Origin: Mobula hypostoma
Lineage: Eukaryota
Direction of reading: 5' to 3'
Length of the DNA: 64,000 nucleotides
Assembly: GCF_963921235.1 (NCBI RefSeq)
Contig: NC_086097.1
Coordinates: forward strand, 188,792,001-188,856,000
Both the position numbers and the translations under genes were made by a program. Under the pieces are notes generated by a model. That model made no database searches and was not told the DNA's origin. It was given only the letters and a program-made list of their open reading frames with translations. Position 1 is the first letter of the stretch, and each line of letters opens with the position of its first letter. This document shows positions 1 to 14,604 of this stretch, in pieces.

Positions 1-2342
1 TAAGCAATTACCATCAACAACAACAGGAATTCTGCAGATGCTGGAAATTTAAAAACCAATTACCATCAACAGATCACTTGCAATACTAAAGGAAACAACA
101 CACTGGACCATTGCTACACCACCACCAAGAATGCCTACCGTGCTATTCCACACCCTTACTTTGGGAAGTCTGATCACCAGGCTGTACTTCTACTCCCTGA
201 ATATAGACAGAGACTGAAGGCTGCAGCAGCAGTGGTGAGGACCAAGAAGGTATGGACAAGGGAAGAACAGGAGCGCCTACAGGAATGCTTTGAATTGGTG
301 CACTGGACTCTGTTCAGGAATTCATCTTCAATCCTGGTTGAGTTTGCTTCAGTTGTTGCTGACTTCATTAAAACCTGTGTGGATGAGTGTGTGCCTACAA
401 AGACTTACTGTATATTTCCAAACCAAAAGCCATGGATAAACCAGGATGTACATCGTCTGCTGAAGGCTAGTTCTGTGGCATTCAAGTCTGGTGACCCAGG
501 CCTGTGCCTGAAAACCAGGTATGATTTGTGGAGGGCTATTTTAAGGGCAAAGAGACTATTTTGAATGCGGTTGGAGGGCATCGGATGCATGACTACTCTG
601 GCAGGGTTTGCAAGACATTACTTCCTACAAAGCAAAACCCAATAGCATCAATGGCAGCGATACTTCACCATCAGATGAATTCAATGCCTTCTATGCCCAC
701 TTTCAAAGGGAGAACACAGCTACAGCTGGGAAGATCCCTGCTGCACCTGATGACCCTGTGATCTCCACCTCAGAGGTCAATGTTAAGCTGTCTATAAAGA
801 GAGTGAACCCTCGCAAGGCAGAAGGTCCCATTGGAGTACCTGGTAAGACTGTGAAAATCTGTGCCAACCAACTGCCGGGAGTATTCAAGGATATTTTCAA
901 CCTCTCAATGCTATGGATGGAAGTTCCCACTTGCTTCAAAAAGGCAACAGTTATATCAGTGCTTAAGAAGAATAACATGAGCTGCCTTAATGACAATCAC
1001 CTGGTAGCACTCACATTGACAGTGATGAAATGCTTTGAAAGGTTGGTCATGACTAAACTGAACTCCTGCATCAGCAAGGACCTGGACCCATTGTAATTTG
1101 CCTATCGCCACAATAGGTCAACGGCAGATGCAATCTCAATGGCTCTTCACACAGCTTTAGACCACCTGGATAACACAAACACCTATGTCAGGAGGCTGTT
1201 CATTGACTATAGATCAGCATTTAATACCATCATTCCCGCAATCCTGATTGAGAAGTTGCATAAATTGGGCCTCTGTATCTCCCTCTGCAATTGGCTCCTC
1301 GACTTCCTAACCGGAAGACCACAATCTGAGTGGATTGGTGTTAATATCTCTTTGCTGATGATCAACACTGGTGCACCTCAGGGGTGTGTGCTTAGCCCGC
1401 TGCTCTACTTCCTATATACCCACGACTGTGTGGCTAGGCATAGTCCAAATACCATCTATAAATTTGCTCTACCATTGTTGGTAGAATCTCAGATGGAAAT
1501 GAGAGGGCATACAAGAGTGAGGTACGTCAACTAGTGGAGTGGTGTCACAGCAATAACCTGGCACTCAACGTCAGTAAGACAAAAGAGCTGATTGTGGACT
1601 TCCAGAAGGGTAAGACGAAGGAACACATACTAATCTTCATAGAGGGATCAGAAGTGGAGAGAGTGAGCAGTTTCAAGTTCCTGGGTGTCAAGATCTCTAA
1701 GGATCTAACTTGGTCCCAACAAATCAATGCAGTTATAAAGAAGGCAAGATGGCAGCTATACTTCATGGAGTTTGAATGGATTTGGTACGTCAACAAATAC
1801 ACTCAAAAACTACTATAGATGTACCATGGAGAGCATTCTGACAGGCTGTATCACTGTCTGGTATGGGTGGTGTACTGTATAAGACCAAAAGCTGTAGAGG
1901 GTTGTAAATTTAGTGGGCTCCATCTTGGGCTCTACAAAGTACCCAGGACATCTTCAAGGAACAGTGTCTTAGAAAAGCAGCATCCATTATTAAGGACCTC
2001 CAGCACCCAGGGCATGCCCTTTTCTCATGGTTACCATCAGGTAGGAGGTACAGAAGCCTGAAGGCACACACTCAGTGAATCAGGAACAGCTTCTTCCCCT
2101 CTGCTATCCGATTCCTAAATGGACATTGAAGCTTTAAATGCTACCTCACTTTCTGTTAATACTGCTTTTTTTGCATGATTTTAATTTCTGTTTTTTGCAT
2201 GATTTTTAATCTATTCAATCCATGTATACTGAAACGGATTTACTTTGTGTTTTTTCTTCTATATTATGTATTGCATTGAACTGCTGCTGCTACATTAACA
2301 AATTTCACGTCACATGCCAGTGATAATAAACCTGATTCTGAT
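1..2342 (+). mobile_element. Rex1/Babar-type non-LTR retrotransposon, decayed; 5' part runs off the window
   Basis: Frameshifted ORF chain with [40 protein letters not shown] and EWCHSNNLALNVSKTKELIVDF; the 3' tail ends AATAAACCTGATTCTGA. Confidence 0.85.
20..56 (-). mobile_element. 37-bp Penelope-like terminal fragment inserted in the Rex1 copy
   Basis: Flanked by the 15-bp direct repeat CAATTACCATCAACA (5-19 and 57-71); the insert matches the reverse complement of the Penelope terminus at about 60305-60339. Confidence 0.7.
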
Positions 2343-2790
2343 ATTTAACCCTCTCATTTCTTCTACCAAAGTGCATGACCATACACTTCTCAACACTGTA
2401 TTGCATCTGCCACTTCTTTCCTCGTTATAATTTGTCTGTCTTTCTGTAGCCTCCCATTTTCCTCAAAACTACCTGCCTATCCACCCATCTTAGTATCATT
2501 TGCAAACTTTGCAACAGAGCCATCAAGTCCATCATCCAAACCATTGACATATAACATAGAAAGAATCGGTCCCCACACAGACCACGTGGAACACCACTAG
2601 TCACCGGCAGCCAGCCCTTTATTCCCACTCTTTGCCTCCTGCCAATCAGCCACTACTTTATCTATGCTAGAATCTTCCCTGTAATACTATAGGCTCTTAA
2701 CTTGTTAAGCAGCCTCTTATGTGGCACCTTTTCAAAGGCCTTCTGAAAATTTAAGTACACAACATCAACAGATTCTTCTTTGTCTATCCT
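2343..2790 (-). mobile_element. CR1 LINE RT fragment
   Basis: Minus-strand translation gives WLPVTSGVP and FQKAF..V / KFA.DTK-like motifs. Confidence 0.85.
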
Positions 2791-5430
2791 AGCTTTTGAG
2801 GGAGTTAACTGCACTAAATATTTTACCCATTTTGAACAACTAAGTTAAATAAGTTTTTCTATACTCAAGTGAGGCTCAATGTTGCAAGCTATTTCCATAA
2901 TGTAACCCTTTTTGTCCCAGTATCATTCTATTGGATTTACACAGCACTATCTGCCCTTCCCACTATCACACACTCTCCAAAATCAACATAATGAACCAAT
3001 GGTACAATACCTGGATCAAAACACTACCTCCAAATGCAGTCTACCCGGAGTTCACTAGAGGTTTTCCAGCTGGAATTAAATCCACTCTATGTATTTCAAC
3101 CTCATTAAGTAGTGTATCATTCCATCAGCTTTTATTGATTTCTGTCTGTAGACTACAGAATCACTCAACTGTTCCTTGCTTCTTATACTGAGAAAGTAAT
3201 TTATGTTGCTTATTTACAAAATGGATGATTTTACACTTCCATACTCTACTATTACACTTAACTTAGGTATATGGCATTCTATCTTTCTGAGGACATTTAT
3301 TCACATAGTACAAACCTCAGACCCAATGTAATTTACTGGGGACTTCATTAGTCACATACTTTCAATCGGGATATGTGCCCTGTATCCCTACTGTATTCTA
3401 GCTTCCATACAATTCTCACACGAAATATAGTCCTCACTTGTAGAGTTATAGAATAACAGAGTCTTGAATTCAATCCCAAAATTACATAAAATCTTGAACG
3501 GATTCATTAAAGTGTATATAATTAACACCTCATAGTTGTCTGTTTGTTTAGGTACCATATCCGATGCGGACTTTGATGACCATGGCTTTCTATATAGATC
3601 TATTCTTCGATTTATGTCTAACCTCATAGTTAGTCAACTTAATTGCCTGAGGCAGCATGATAAAACACCACATACAACTTTAACAAACTTATTAGGCTCT
3701 AATTTATATATAAAATCATGTGGCCACTGGAAAGTAATCTCAAAGAGGAAAAAGTCTTTAAAAAAAGTCAAAAATAGTTGACAGCTTTTCTAAATGAGAT
3801 ATGGGATCATTGGAGATATACTGTAGGTTTGCAACCAAATTAAAAGCGAGTCCTGTCCCGAGTTGTGAAAAGTAATGTAAACTCACACTATCAAACAATG
3901 CTTTGAATTCTAATGTTAACTCTTGTTTGTTGGCCAATCGGAAACCCAAAATACTTATTACATTCCTTTCACCTAAGTCTACCAGTGTATCACAAAATTC
4001 AAATGCCATTAGGGAACTTGAGAGAAAGAACTGTATGTTACAAAGTGCACTGTACTGGGGAGAGAAACAAGTTGGCTGGACGGATGACATCAATAACCTT
4101 TGATAGCTAAGCAATAAAACAGGAGAACTGCGCCAATTTCCAATGTTTTTTTGGTTGCAAAAGGAGATGAAAGCATTGGCTCTGCTGAATGGTACATTGT
4201 GTTTGCAACAGATGGCACAATTATCATTTTAATTATTCAAGTTGTTATCAACTTAAGAAAATCATATACATTTTAAAGTGATTCGGAAATAAAATACTGC
4301 AGATACTAAAATCTGAAATAAATCAGGAAATTCTGGAAATAGCTGATAGGCACTATCTCGAGATAAATAATTTAACAAAGCATTTATTTTTTGCCTGTTA
4401 CAAGATCTCAATATATCTGGATTTTAAGTTATATATATTTGAAAATAACTTACTTTTGCTATTCTATAATAATTTCAGTTGTAAAACTTACTTCAGTAAA
4501 AATGACTTCAATTGTTTCAACATAAGAATGTCAAAAACGGAAGCATATGGTCCTTCAAGTCTGTTCTGCCTTACAATAAGATTATGTCAGATCCTGTATG
4601 TTATCCTCCTTCTTCCCTAATTTCTGTGTACCTTAATTCATTTCATGCCCAAAAATTCATTTATCTCAGTTTTGAATGTCTCTATTGTTTCAGCACACAG
4701 ATCTCCAGAGAATGCCACAGAATACCACCCAGTTAGTAAAATTCCATATCTCAGACCTAAATATCTGATCCTTTATTCTGATACTCTGCATAATTGTCCA
4801 TTTTATTTAATTCCTCCAATCCATGGACACTCGTGTACACTTTTCACTGTCTTGTAGCCTTTAATTTACTTGTTTACTTTTGCACCCATTAAAGCTTTAC
4901 CCATTTTCTAAGATTTTCATCATTTAAAGATGTGCTGTTTTTCCTATTCTTCCCACCAAAATGAACAACCTCCTATATTTTCAGAATATATTTCATCTAT
5001 TTACTTGCTCAACATGCCTTTATCTCTTTGAAGTTTTCTTTAGCTTCTTCACTTTCCTGCCAGTACAAGGAATCCAAAAAGGGATTTGCTGTGCAAGTGC
5101 ATGCTTCTGTCATGAATCACAGAGGACACCACCACTGGTCAAGGCATTAGTATGGTCTCAACTGGAAATATGAGCAGGCAAAATGCGAGGTCATTTGGCA
5201 TGCAAAGTTTATTTCTTGCCTGTTCTGAGCTATGCACTCCAGTCTGCAACCACTTTTGTTTACCATTTTACTGTTGATGGGTTTTAAAGTGCAAAGGAAG
5301 CCTCAGATGTTATTTATAAGGGTTATCAGTGACTTGCAAGTTCATGGTTGACATCTTCTTATGTTAGGGATTCTTATACTTGTTTGAAGTATTTAAAAAT
5401 CTAAAGGGTTTGGGGTGACAGATGGTGAAA

Positions 5431-5730
5431 GGGCACCACAGTGACATAGCAGTTAGCCAATATTATTACAGCTCGGGGTATTGGAATTCAGAGTTAAATT
5501 CTGGCACCATCTGGAAGGAGTTTAAATAGTATGTCCTCCCCTTGAACATGCAGCTTTCCTCCGGGTGTTCCAATTTCCTCCCACCTTCCAAAGACACAAT
5601 GGTTAGGAAGTTAACTGGTCGTCGTAAATTGCCCTGCGATTACGCTAGGGTTAAATAGATGGATTGCAGGGCTGTGCAGCTGGTTGGGCAGGGAAGCCCT
5701 GTTCCATGCTGTGTCTCTAGATAAATAAAT
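5431..5730 (+). mobile_element. tRNA-derived V-SINE (HE1-like), decayed
   Basis: tRNA-like head followed by the V-domain core TTTCCTCCGGGTGTTCCAATTTCCTCCCAC..TCCAAAGAC. Confidence 0.7.
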
Positions 5731-8029
5731 AAGAGACGGTTGTTGGTTTCAGACATCTGCACAAACCATTTGCACCAGACGTGGGCATACCACAAGGCTT
5801 TCCTCTTGGAACAGAGTGAGATTGTGAGCATGAGCAGAGCCACATGGAACAGAATAAATTGCTGGAATAGGAAAGAAAGCAGGTACACCAAAGGGCTAGC
5901 AGCAGAAGCTTATATCCATTAGGATTTTTAGGGAGCAATTTTCCAGTGTGAAACTCAATGAAGAACAATATGAGATACCTGCACTTCCAACAGAAAGTCA
6001 TTGAAGTCCATTAACTATATACTGAGACCATGGCAAAGACAACATTGCCAATGGCTGCTAAGTGACCATAACAATTACATTTCATGCATACACCTGCTTC
6101 CTTAATTCCTCTGGTTAGCTTCTCCATTTGTCCACACTCTTACAAGAAAGAGGGAAATGTGTCATTGAGTGCCAAACAATATTTTGGGATGATGTGCCTG
6201 TCCTGGTTGAATAAATAACAATATATATGAATACTGTGAGACATGACTTGTGCTTTGTGGCAATGTTAAGTGTATGAAGGTATGGTGACATGAATGATAC
6301 TCTTAATTACCAGAAATTGTTCATAAGGGTGATAAAAGCAGTAAACTGTGGCTAACAATTATCAATGCTCTTACCTTGACCACTCATACAAGGCGGTTGA
6401 ACTTCTTACAACACTATGTTCAGGGCTTTAGAGGTATTTTCATAGTGATGATATCCTCAGCCACTTTCTCCCACATCTCGACTGTGTGCCTGAAGGGCTC
6501 ACAGCTTCTTCAGCGAAGGACCTTCTTCCTCTCCTTTCAACCTCTATCACAAAATATCTAGGTCAACATCTGAAAACTTTTGCCCTTTTCCACACTGTGC
6601 CATTCCTTCTTTTTACCCAGGTCCAATTTCATTCGCTTCCTACATGCAGGGTAGCTTTAAGCATTGCATGCTGGTTTTAAGTGCTGCTAAGAAGTTACTA
6701 TTTTTGGCCTGTTACTGCTGTATGCAGCCAATGAACACTGCAGTCGGTACTGGCTGCACACTGCGATCATGCCAATTAGCAGGCAGCAAGAAGATTGTAT
6801 GCCAGTTGCATTTTAATCAATGGGTGCAGGTTAACTGCACTTCGCAAATCTAACACCTGTTTCCATAGAATACACACTTGTCCCTTAATTTATACATTAT
6901 ACAGTTTGTACTGGATTTGATATTCAGAAGTGCATTATGATTATTAAAGGCATTGCATGAAGTCAGTAAGAGGATTAGCTACTGTTTCTTGTAAATTGAA
7001 GTAAACAGATCTGTATGAATTGAAGTATGTAATTCAATTAAAGGGTTGAAATGACAGGGCAGCTCACATATATAACTTGTAACAAAGTTTAGATTTTTGT
7101 TTCAATGGAGTATTGTTACTGTATTTGTATCCTAACAATCTTATCATAATATTTCAAGTTTACATGGATCAGTTTAACAGATTTAGTACTTGTGTGCCTG
7201 TGTCAACAATTTATTTGCGATTAGAGGTCATAATGCATTGTTATAAAACAAATCTTTGACTTAATGCAGTCATGGGACACTGATGCAAATTTTAGTAGCA
7301 GCTAAGATCTAAAGTGTGCAAAGAAAAATAATGTCTGTGACTGTGCCTCTGTTTCATGGGGTGAAAAGGAAGGGGAAGGGGGACATTAATCATAACTCCA
7401 TCTGATACTTAGGAAGTAAGGATTTGCTTGATGTCATGTTCTTTTGGAATGAAGGGTGGTGGGGTCGTACTGCATCAGAAGCCTGAAAGGGTTCTGTGCG
7501 AATTGGGAATTTGGTATGGGCATAGACCTTGGTGTTTGTGTGGAGGGGACTGGATGGGAGTGGTGCAGTGTGTAGGAGAAACTAGGGCCCTACTGTGTTC
7601 ACCAATCAGGATTGGTGGGGTCCGGGTATTGGAAATGGTGACTGGGGAGCTTTGGGAGCTTTTGGAGCTGTAGGAGATGGCAAGGTTGTGATCAGGAATG
7701 AGCAGGTTGAAAATGATTGGTGAGACAAGGAAGAGGGCAATTAGGGAGTTCAGGATGAGGTCAGTGGGTTGGAGTAGAAGGCATTTAAGGATAGGTCGTC
7801 AATAATGGAATTTATCTTAGTCAGGTCACTGTCCTAAGCAGTACTATTACTACCCATCCTGACCTGCTGAGTTCCTCCAGTATTGTGTGTGTGCTGCTTT
7901 GGACTTCCAGCATCTGTAGACTTTCTCATGTTTGTGATTTGCTACTAAAACACAGTTGTGCCTAGCTAAGTTTCAACAGCAGTATTGCCGAAGTCATGGA
8001 AACACAAGAGTCTACAAGACTCTCCAATT

Positions 8030-9972
8030 AGGACTGAGGGTGTAAAGGAAAGGTAGACATTATACAAGTCAAAGCTAATGTAAAAGCAAAAGGGAGGGCA
8101 TGCAACAAAGCAAAAAGCAATCATTAGGAGGGAAAAGATGAAATATGAAAGCAAGCTAGCAAACAATATAAATGTGGGTAGTAAAAGCTTTTTCATGTAT
8201 GTAAAAAACTAAAAGAGAGATTAGAGTGGATATAGGACCGCAAGAAAATGAGGCTGGAGAAATAGTAACAAGGGAGAAGGAGATGAACAAAATGAATATT
8301 TTGCATCAGTCTTCACTGTGGAAGACACTAGCAGTGTGCCAGATATTGAAAGGTGTGAGGGAAGGTGAGTGAGTGCATTTACTATTACAAGGGAGAAGGT
8401 GCTCATAAAGCTGAAAGATCTAAATGTACATAAGACACCCGGACCAGATGAACTGCACCACAGGGTTCTGATAGAGGAAGTGGGAGAGATTGTGGAGGCA
8501 TTAGTAATGATCTTTCAAAAATCATTGGACTGGAAAAATGCAAATGTCACTCCATTCTTTGAGAGAGGAATAATGCAGCAGAAAGGAAATTATAGACCAG
8601 TTAGCCTGACCTCAGTGGTTGGGATGTGTTGGAGTCAATTGTTAAGGATGGAGTACTTGTTGACACAGGACAAAATAGTACAAAGTCAGCATGGTTTCCT
8701 TCAGGGAAAATCATGCCTGATGAACCTGTGAAATTCTTTGAGGAGAGTACAAGTACGATACATAAAGGGGATGCAGTGGATTATGTACATTTGGACTTTC
8801 AGAAGGCCTTTGACAAGGTGCTACACCTGAGGCTGCTTACCAAGTTAAGAGCCCATGGTATTACAGGAAAGTTACTGACATGGTTAGGGCATTCGCTGGT
8901 TGGTAAGAGGAAGCAAGTGGGAATAAAAGGATTCTTTTCTGGTTGGCTATCAGTGACTAGTGGTGTTCTGCAAGGGTCAGTGTTGGGACCGCTTGTTTTT
9001 ATGCTGTATTTCAATGATTTAGATGATGGAATAGACGGCTTTGTTGCCAAGTTTGCAGATGATATTAAGATTGGTGAAGGGGCAGGTAGTGTTGAGGAAA
9101 CAGGAAGGCTGCAGAAGGACCTAGACAGATTAGGAGAATGTGCAAGAAAGTGGCAAATGAAATACAATGTTGGAAAATGCATGGTCATACACTTTGGAAG
9201 TAGAAATAAATGTGCAGACTATTTTCTAACTGGGGAGAAAATCCAAAAAGCTGAGATGCAAAGGGATCTGGGAGTCCTTGTGCAGCACACCCTCAAGATA
9301 AAAAATGTAGGTTGAGACGGTGGTGAGGAAGGCAAATGCCATGATAGCATTCATTTCAAGAGATCTAGAATACAAGAGCAGAGATGTGATGCTGAGGCTT
9401 TATAAGGCACTGGTGAGGCCTCAGCTTGGTAATGTGATCAATTTTGGGCTCCTTATCCAAAAAAAGATGTGCTGGCATTGGAGAGGGTCTAGAGGAGGTT
9501 CACAAGGATGACTCTGGGAATGAAAGGGTTATCATACAAGGGACGTTTGATGGCTCTGGGTCTGTACTCCCTGGAATTTAGAAGGCTAGGGGGGAATCTC
9601 TTTGAAACCTTTCAAATGTTGAAAGGCCTAGGCAGAGAAGATGTGGAAAGGATGTTTCCCATGGTGGGGGATTCTATGACAAGAGGGCAGGATAGAGGAG
9701 GGTCCATTTAAAAATGAGATGTAGAGAAATATCTTTAGCTAGTGAATGGTGAATTTGTGGAATTTATTACCACAGGCAGCTGTGGAGGCCAGGTTGTTGG
9801 GTGTACTTAAGTCAGAGATTGATAGGTTCTTGATTGGACATGGTATCAAAGGTTACTGGGAGAAGGACAGTGAGTGGGGCTGAGGAGGGGGAAAATGGGT
9901 CATGATTGAATGGTGGTGCAGTCTCAATGGACCGGATGGCCTAATTCTGCTCCTTTGTCTTATGGTTTCATA
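8030..9972 (+). mobile_element. CR1 LINE, 5'-truncated ORF2 (RT) to 3' tail
   Basis: PGPDELH, GNYRPVSLTSVV, LDFQKAFDKV, GVLQGSVLGP, KFADDIK, LYKALVRP; CR1-type 3' end. Confidence 0.92.
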
Positions 9973-10179
9973 TGAGGAAGGAGGAATGAGGCAGAGCTGA
10001 CAAGCCAGAGGAAGATCTAAATGAGGAGGGTGAGTGGGTAGATGGAGCCACTTATTGCATTGTCCACCCCTCCCTCCTTGTGACATCCATAACTCCTTTG
10101 ATTTTTCAGTTGAATAGGAATAAAATAGCACTGAAGTGAGCAGAGCAACTCAATGAAATTCCTGGGGCTTGATGCTTTT

Positions 10180-10403
10180 CCCAACCCCTCTTTCACAGAT
10201 CCACCTATTGTTTTCCAGCTCTTACTGCCCACTTCCCCTCTCTCATGCTACCCTCCCCTCTATATTTCTGTCCAGATGAACGGTCTTGACTTCAAACACT
10301 AATTGTGTATTTTCCTCCAAAGACGTCCCCTGATTCACTGAGTTCCTTCAGCAAAATTTGTTCTTTGCTTCAGATTCCAGCATCTGCAGTCTCTTGTGTC
10401 TGC
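10180..10403 (+). mobile_element. Decayed Penelope-like terminal (pLTR) fragment
   Basis: Resembles 60100-60340, including the TTCCAGCATCTGCAG tail and a degenerate hammerhead core near 10270. Confidence 0.5.
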
Positions 10404-10464
10404 TATTATTTTATAAATTCAAAGTAATTTGATCAAGGAGTGTTATTCTTAGACTCCCCTCTAC

Positions 10465-11121
10465 CTGGGTGTCAAGATCTCTGAGGATCTAACCTGGTCC
10501 CAACATATCGATGTAGTCATAAAGTAGGCAAGACAGCATCTATACTTCATTAGGAGTCTGAAAGGATTTGGCATGTCAACAAATACACTCAAAAACTTCT
10601 ATAGTTGTATGGTGGAGAGCATTCTGACAGGCTGTATCACTGTCTGGTATGGAGGGGCTACTGCACAGGACCGAAAGAAACTGCAGAAGGTTGTAAGGAT
10701 GGAGTCAGCTCCATCTTGGGTACTAACCTACAAAGTACCCAGGACATTTTCAGGGAGCAGTGTCTCAGAAAGGCAGTGTCCATTATTAAGGACCTCCAGC
10801 ACCCAGGGCATGCCCTTTTCACACTGTTACATTCAGGTAGGAGGTACAGAAGCCCGAAGGCACACACTCAGCAATTCAGGAACAGCTTCTTCCCCTCTGC
10901 TATCCAATTCCTAAATGGACATTGAATCATTGGACACTACCTCACCTTTTTAAAAAATATACAGTATTTCTGTTTTTTGCATGTTTTAAAATCTATTAAG
11001 TATATGTATACTGTAATTGATTTACTTGTTTATTTTTTTTCTCTTCTAGATTATGTATTGCATTGAACTGCTCAGTTAACAAATTTCACATCATATGCCG
11101 GTGATAATAAACCTGATTCTG
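10465..11121 (+). mobile_element. Rex1/Babar 3' fragment
   Basis: ESILTGCITVWYG and HPGHALFTLLHSGRRYRS; same tail as 1680-2342. Confidence 0.88.
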
Positions 11122-12083
11122 GCCTTTATTTTAATATGGGAAGGGAATATTTGGGGAGTGCCGTAGGCCAGCAAATACTTTTTCCTGTGATGAAAAATGA
11201 AAAGATATAGGATTGTTAATCAATGAGTTTGAATATTATCTTTTGATTTTTATGAGAAGCACATTAATTATGACCAAAAAAACCTTGTTGAATGTTTTTA
11301 AAATCATAAATCACTACGTCTGAAACTGAATACAGGTGGAGCAAATTTAGTCATGCAATATGTTGCAATGTTAAGTTGCATGAAGTTGCGATGTTGTTAT
11401 ACAAGTTTATTTACTTAACTTGTATGACTATACTTTGAAAACTATGGCAATAGTTCAATACATTTTCCTTAGAAACTGACTGATGCCTAGTCATGAAAGT
11501 TATAACCACATTTTGATTTCATTTCTCCCTCTCACATAGTGTGTTATCTTGCATAACCAGCCTTTAAAAGAATTATTTTCCACTGTTAATTGCTGTGAAC
11601 CTATTTTAGGATCACTGCTCAGAGGAGCAGTATAAACAAACAAGAACTGAGTTGCTATGGGACCTGCACATTGTTTAGATGTGTAATTTCTTCATAAAAT
11701 TAATAAACAGAGCAAAATTGAGCTGTTACTGGATTTGTTTTTCAGTTGCAGTACACAATTCTGAAGTGTAAAACCTGGAATCCTCTTTGATACTCAGCAT
11801 GATTTATCCCAGAGCTAGAACACCCCAGTTTGCTTAATATTTCAATACAGAAAATAGGCTTAACATATCATCTAAGAAGGTAAAACAAATGTTATTGAGA
11901 CTGAAATATTTATTGTTCAATTTGCCTTTCAGTTCTCGAAATGTGCTTGATTGGCAAATTATATTAAAAATGAATTTGTTAGTGATTTATATCATATCAT
12001 ACAAGCAAACTAATTTGCTTTGCTTTGATGAATTACGTCTTCTAAGGTGCAAGTATTTCTGTTTATGTTAATGATATTATCTA

Positions 12084-12160
12084 CACTCAGTGGCCTCCCG
12101 TGCCTAATAAAGTGGCCACTAAGTGTACATTTGGGGTCGTCTGCTGCTGTTGCCATTCCA
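12084..12160. mobile_element. Tc1-like MITE remnant
   Basis: TA-CACTCAGTGGCC...GGCCACTAAGTG-TA; same TIR as 44619-45135. Confidence 0.65.
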
Positions 12161-12580
12161 GGTACTGTATCCTGGTGAGTTTCCTCTCTCTAGTACAACC
12201 ACATCCTCCTTATAGTGTAGAAACCAAACATTACAATTTTTATGATCTGTCCCTGACCTATGAAAAAAAGCATGACATTTGCCTTCTTTATCTCCCTTTT
12301 TGACGGTGTTATACCTTTCAGGGAGCTGTGGCCTTGAATCCAAAGGACCATCAACATTACTTGGTGGTCTACCATTCACTGTATGTGTCCTACCTGAATT
12401 TGACTTCATAAAATGCACTGCAGTGCACCTGTTGGGATTATTTATTTACTTATTTTTTTAAAATCGGTTCTCCGGACTCTCCATCTGATATATATCCTGT
12501 CTTAGATTATCTCTCTCACTATCCACAGTAACACCAACATTCTTGTCACCTACAAACGTTCAACACTTCACGAAGCAAGT
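12160..12580 (-). mobile_element. Old CR1 fragment
   Basis: Degenerate MHF.KSN.GRT.TVNGR and VKK..ML.F motifs. Confidence 0.55.
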
Positions 12581-12699
12581 CATCGCACCTTGCATTTAAC
12601 AGATTTAAGTCATTAATTTCACAGATTATTTTCTTTACTAATGCTAATGTCTCTCAGATCCTGATTCATCGTAATTCTACACCGTACCTAGTCGGATTT

Positions 12700-13910
12700 C
12701 TGCCATGAAAACTGAGGTACAGACAGTGGTCAGGCAATATCACTAACTCTTTTCTCTACAGTATATCAGTTGCTATAGCACTGCATATCCTGTAAATCCC
12801 ACTGAAGTGATGTTAGTCTATAGGACAAACAATATACCCATCAATCCTCGTCATCTCTATTCCAGAATCAAATCACCCCAACCTCACTCACTGATGAATT
12901 GTACACAATCACAGGTTCTTGTATCTATTCACATTTAGAGACCCAGCACTTGGTTATTGGTGACTCCATTGCTGAAGTATTTGAGAGGGTACACCGTACA
13001 CTGGAAGACAAAGGTCACCTAACAAAGTCTCCAAAATAAAATACTCTCCCTGACAATCAAAGTCCAAGACAAGACTCTAGACAAGGTGGATCACTTTCTG
13101 CTCCCCTAAATGAGTTCAGTCAAAAATTATGAAATTCACCACCACTTTCAGTTTGAGAGCATAATATTTGACTTACTTCAGAAGGGTGTTCAAAGACTAA
13201 CCCCTCATATCCAACATCATGCTCATCATATACAATGTCTCCCATCCACTGCATAATGTACTGGTTGGGCACAGGAGTACATTCAGCCAGAGACTCATTC
13301 CACGGAGACGCAACACAGAGTGTCATAGGAAGTCATTCCTGCCTGTGGCCATCAAACTTTACAACTCATCCCTTGGAGGGTCAGACACCCTGAGCCAATA
13401 GGCTGGTCCTGGACTTATTTCCTGGCATAATTTACATATTACTATTTAACTATTTATGGTTTTATTACTATTTATTTATGGTGCAACTGTAACAAACACC
13501 AATTTCCCCCGGGATCAATAAAGTATGACTATATACTAAGCAATAGTGGTCAAACCCATCTAATACTTTTCCAACTATGGCCAACATACAATAGATATTA
13601 CAAAGCACAAGATAGATTACACGAACAATGTTTCTGCAAAACTGTCCAAATATATTGGTAGGATAAGGCAGCCAATGTCAATGTCCTCTCACAAGCCAAC
13701 ATTCTCAATTCAACACTCTGATCATGCTCAACATAGGACAACAAAATTGTTTCAAAAAATGCACTTAAAGTTTCTTTGAAAAGATATAATATCCTTATTC
13801 ACTCATGCGAATCCCTGATCAGTGACTGTTCAAAATGGAGAAGGAACATACAGGAAGATATTGAGTGCCTCAAATCTCTACACTGAGAGCACATGGAACA
13901 CTAGGAGGAA
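12700..13910 (+). mobile_element. Highly decayed RTE-clade LINE fragments, interrupted by the Rex-type fragment at 13205-13535
   Basis: 13650-13900 translates to RTE C-terminal-like remnants (NVNVLSQANI; ESLISDCSKWRRNIQEDIE). Confidence 0.45.
13205..13535 (+). mobile_element. Rex1/Babar-type LINE 3' end
   Basis: NVSHPLH..L....STFSQRLI...TECHRKSFLPVAIKLYN; tail CCCCGGGATCAATAAAGTATGACTAT. Confidence 0.8.
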
Positions 13911-14604
13911 TATACAGTATTCCAAACAGTTTATCTATGCGCTCAATCCATCATCACCTGTCTCTCTGGTGGCACGGTCTAAAGACTCCTTAGAGGGCTT
14001 TTCAACTACCTCAGAATCACAGTATCATAGTGGATGAAAATCATCTTTGACTGTAAGGAATTTATGAAGAAAAGAAGAATTAGTTAATTGACCTAACCAG
14101 ATTACGTGATTGTAATTGCTAATTCATCTACATTCTATTGTGTTAGGCCTTTGTCTCTTTACATTCCATGTCACTTCATAACGGGCCATTTAAAATTTCA
14201 GACGGATCTTGCATCACATTATATCAATTTCATATTAGTGCACTTTAGCCATTCATCCCAATATTTATACAATTTGAAACTTATGAGTTACCATCAATAA
14301 ATGCATTTTTATGAAAGTAAAATAAGGGCTTGCTTTGAGGTCTTACCTAAATGTCAATACACACTTTATATGTAATGAACTATTTCATGGTTAGTAGTTC
14401 ATATTATGACATGGCAAAAGTGGCCAGTTTACACAACAGGCTCCCATAAACAGTGGTATAATAATGAGTGGATGTTTTGTTAAATAGTTCAGCATTTTTC
14501 AAAAAGAGTGTCATAATTTTTTTTTTTAATTCACCTGAGTGGACCAACAAGGCCTTGGTTTGACAACTCATCTGAAAAACAACCAATACAACACACAGGA
14601 GACA

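Noticed and set aside
3552..3628. Possible plus-strand exon (TTTAG|GTISDADFDDHGFLYRSILRFMSNLI|GTTAGT)
   Set aside because: The splice-like borders are plausible, but I recognise no protein family and see no partner exons; RNA-seq or conservation data would be needed
3758..4114. 118-aa minus-strand ORF
   Set aside because: No recognisable motif and a non-ATG start; consistent with chance
7340..7810. Purine-rich tract that may be an old Penelope RT fragment
   Set aside because: Only weak motif resemblance
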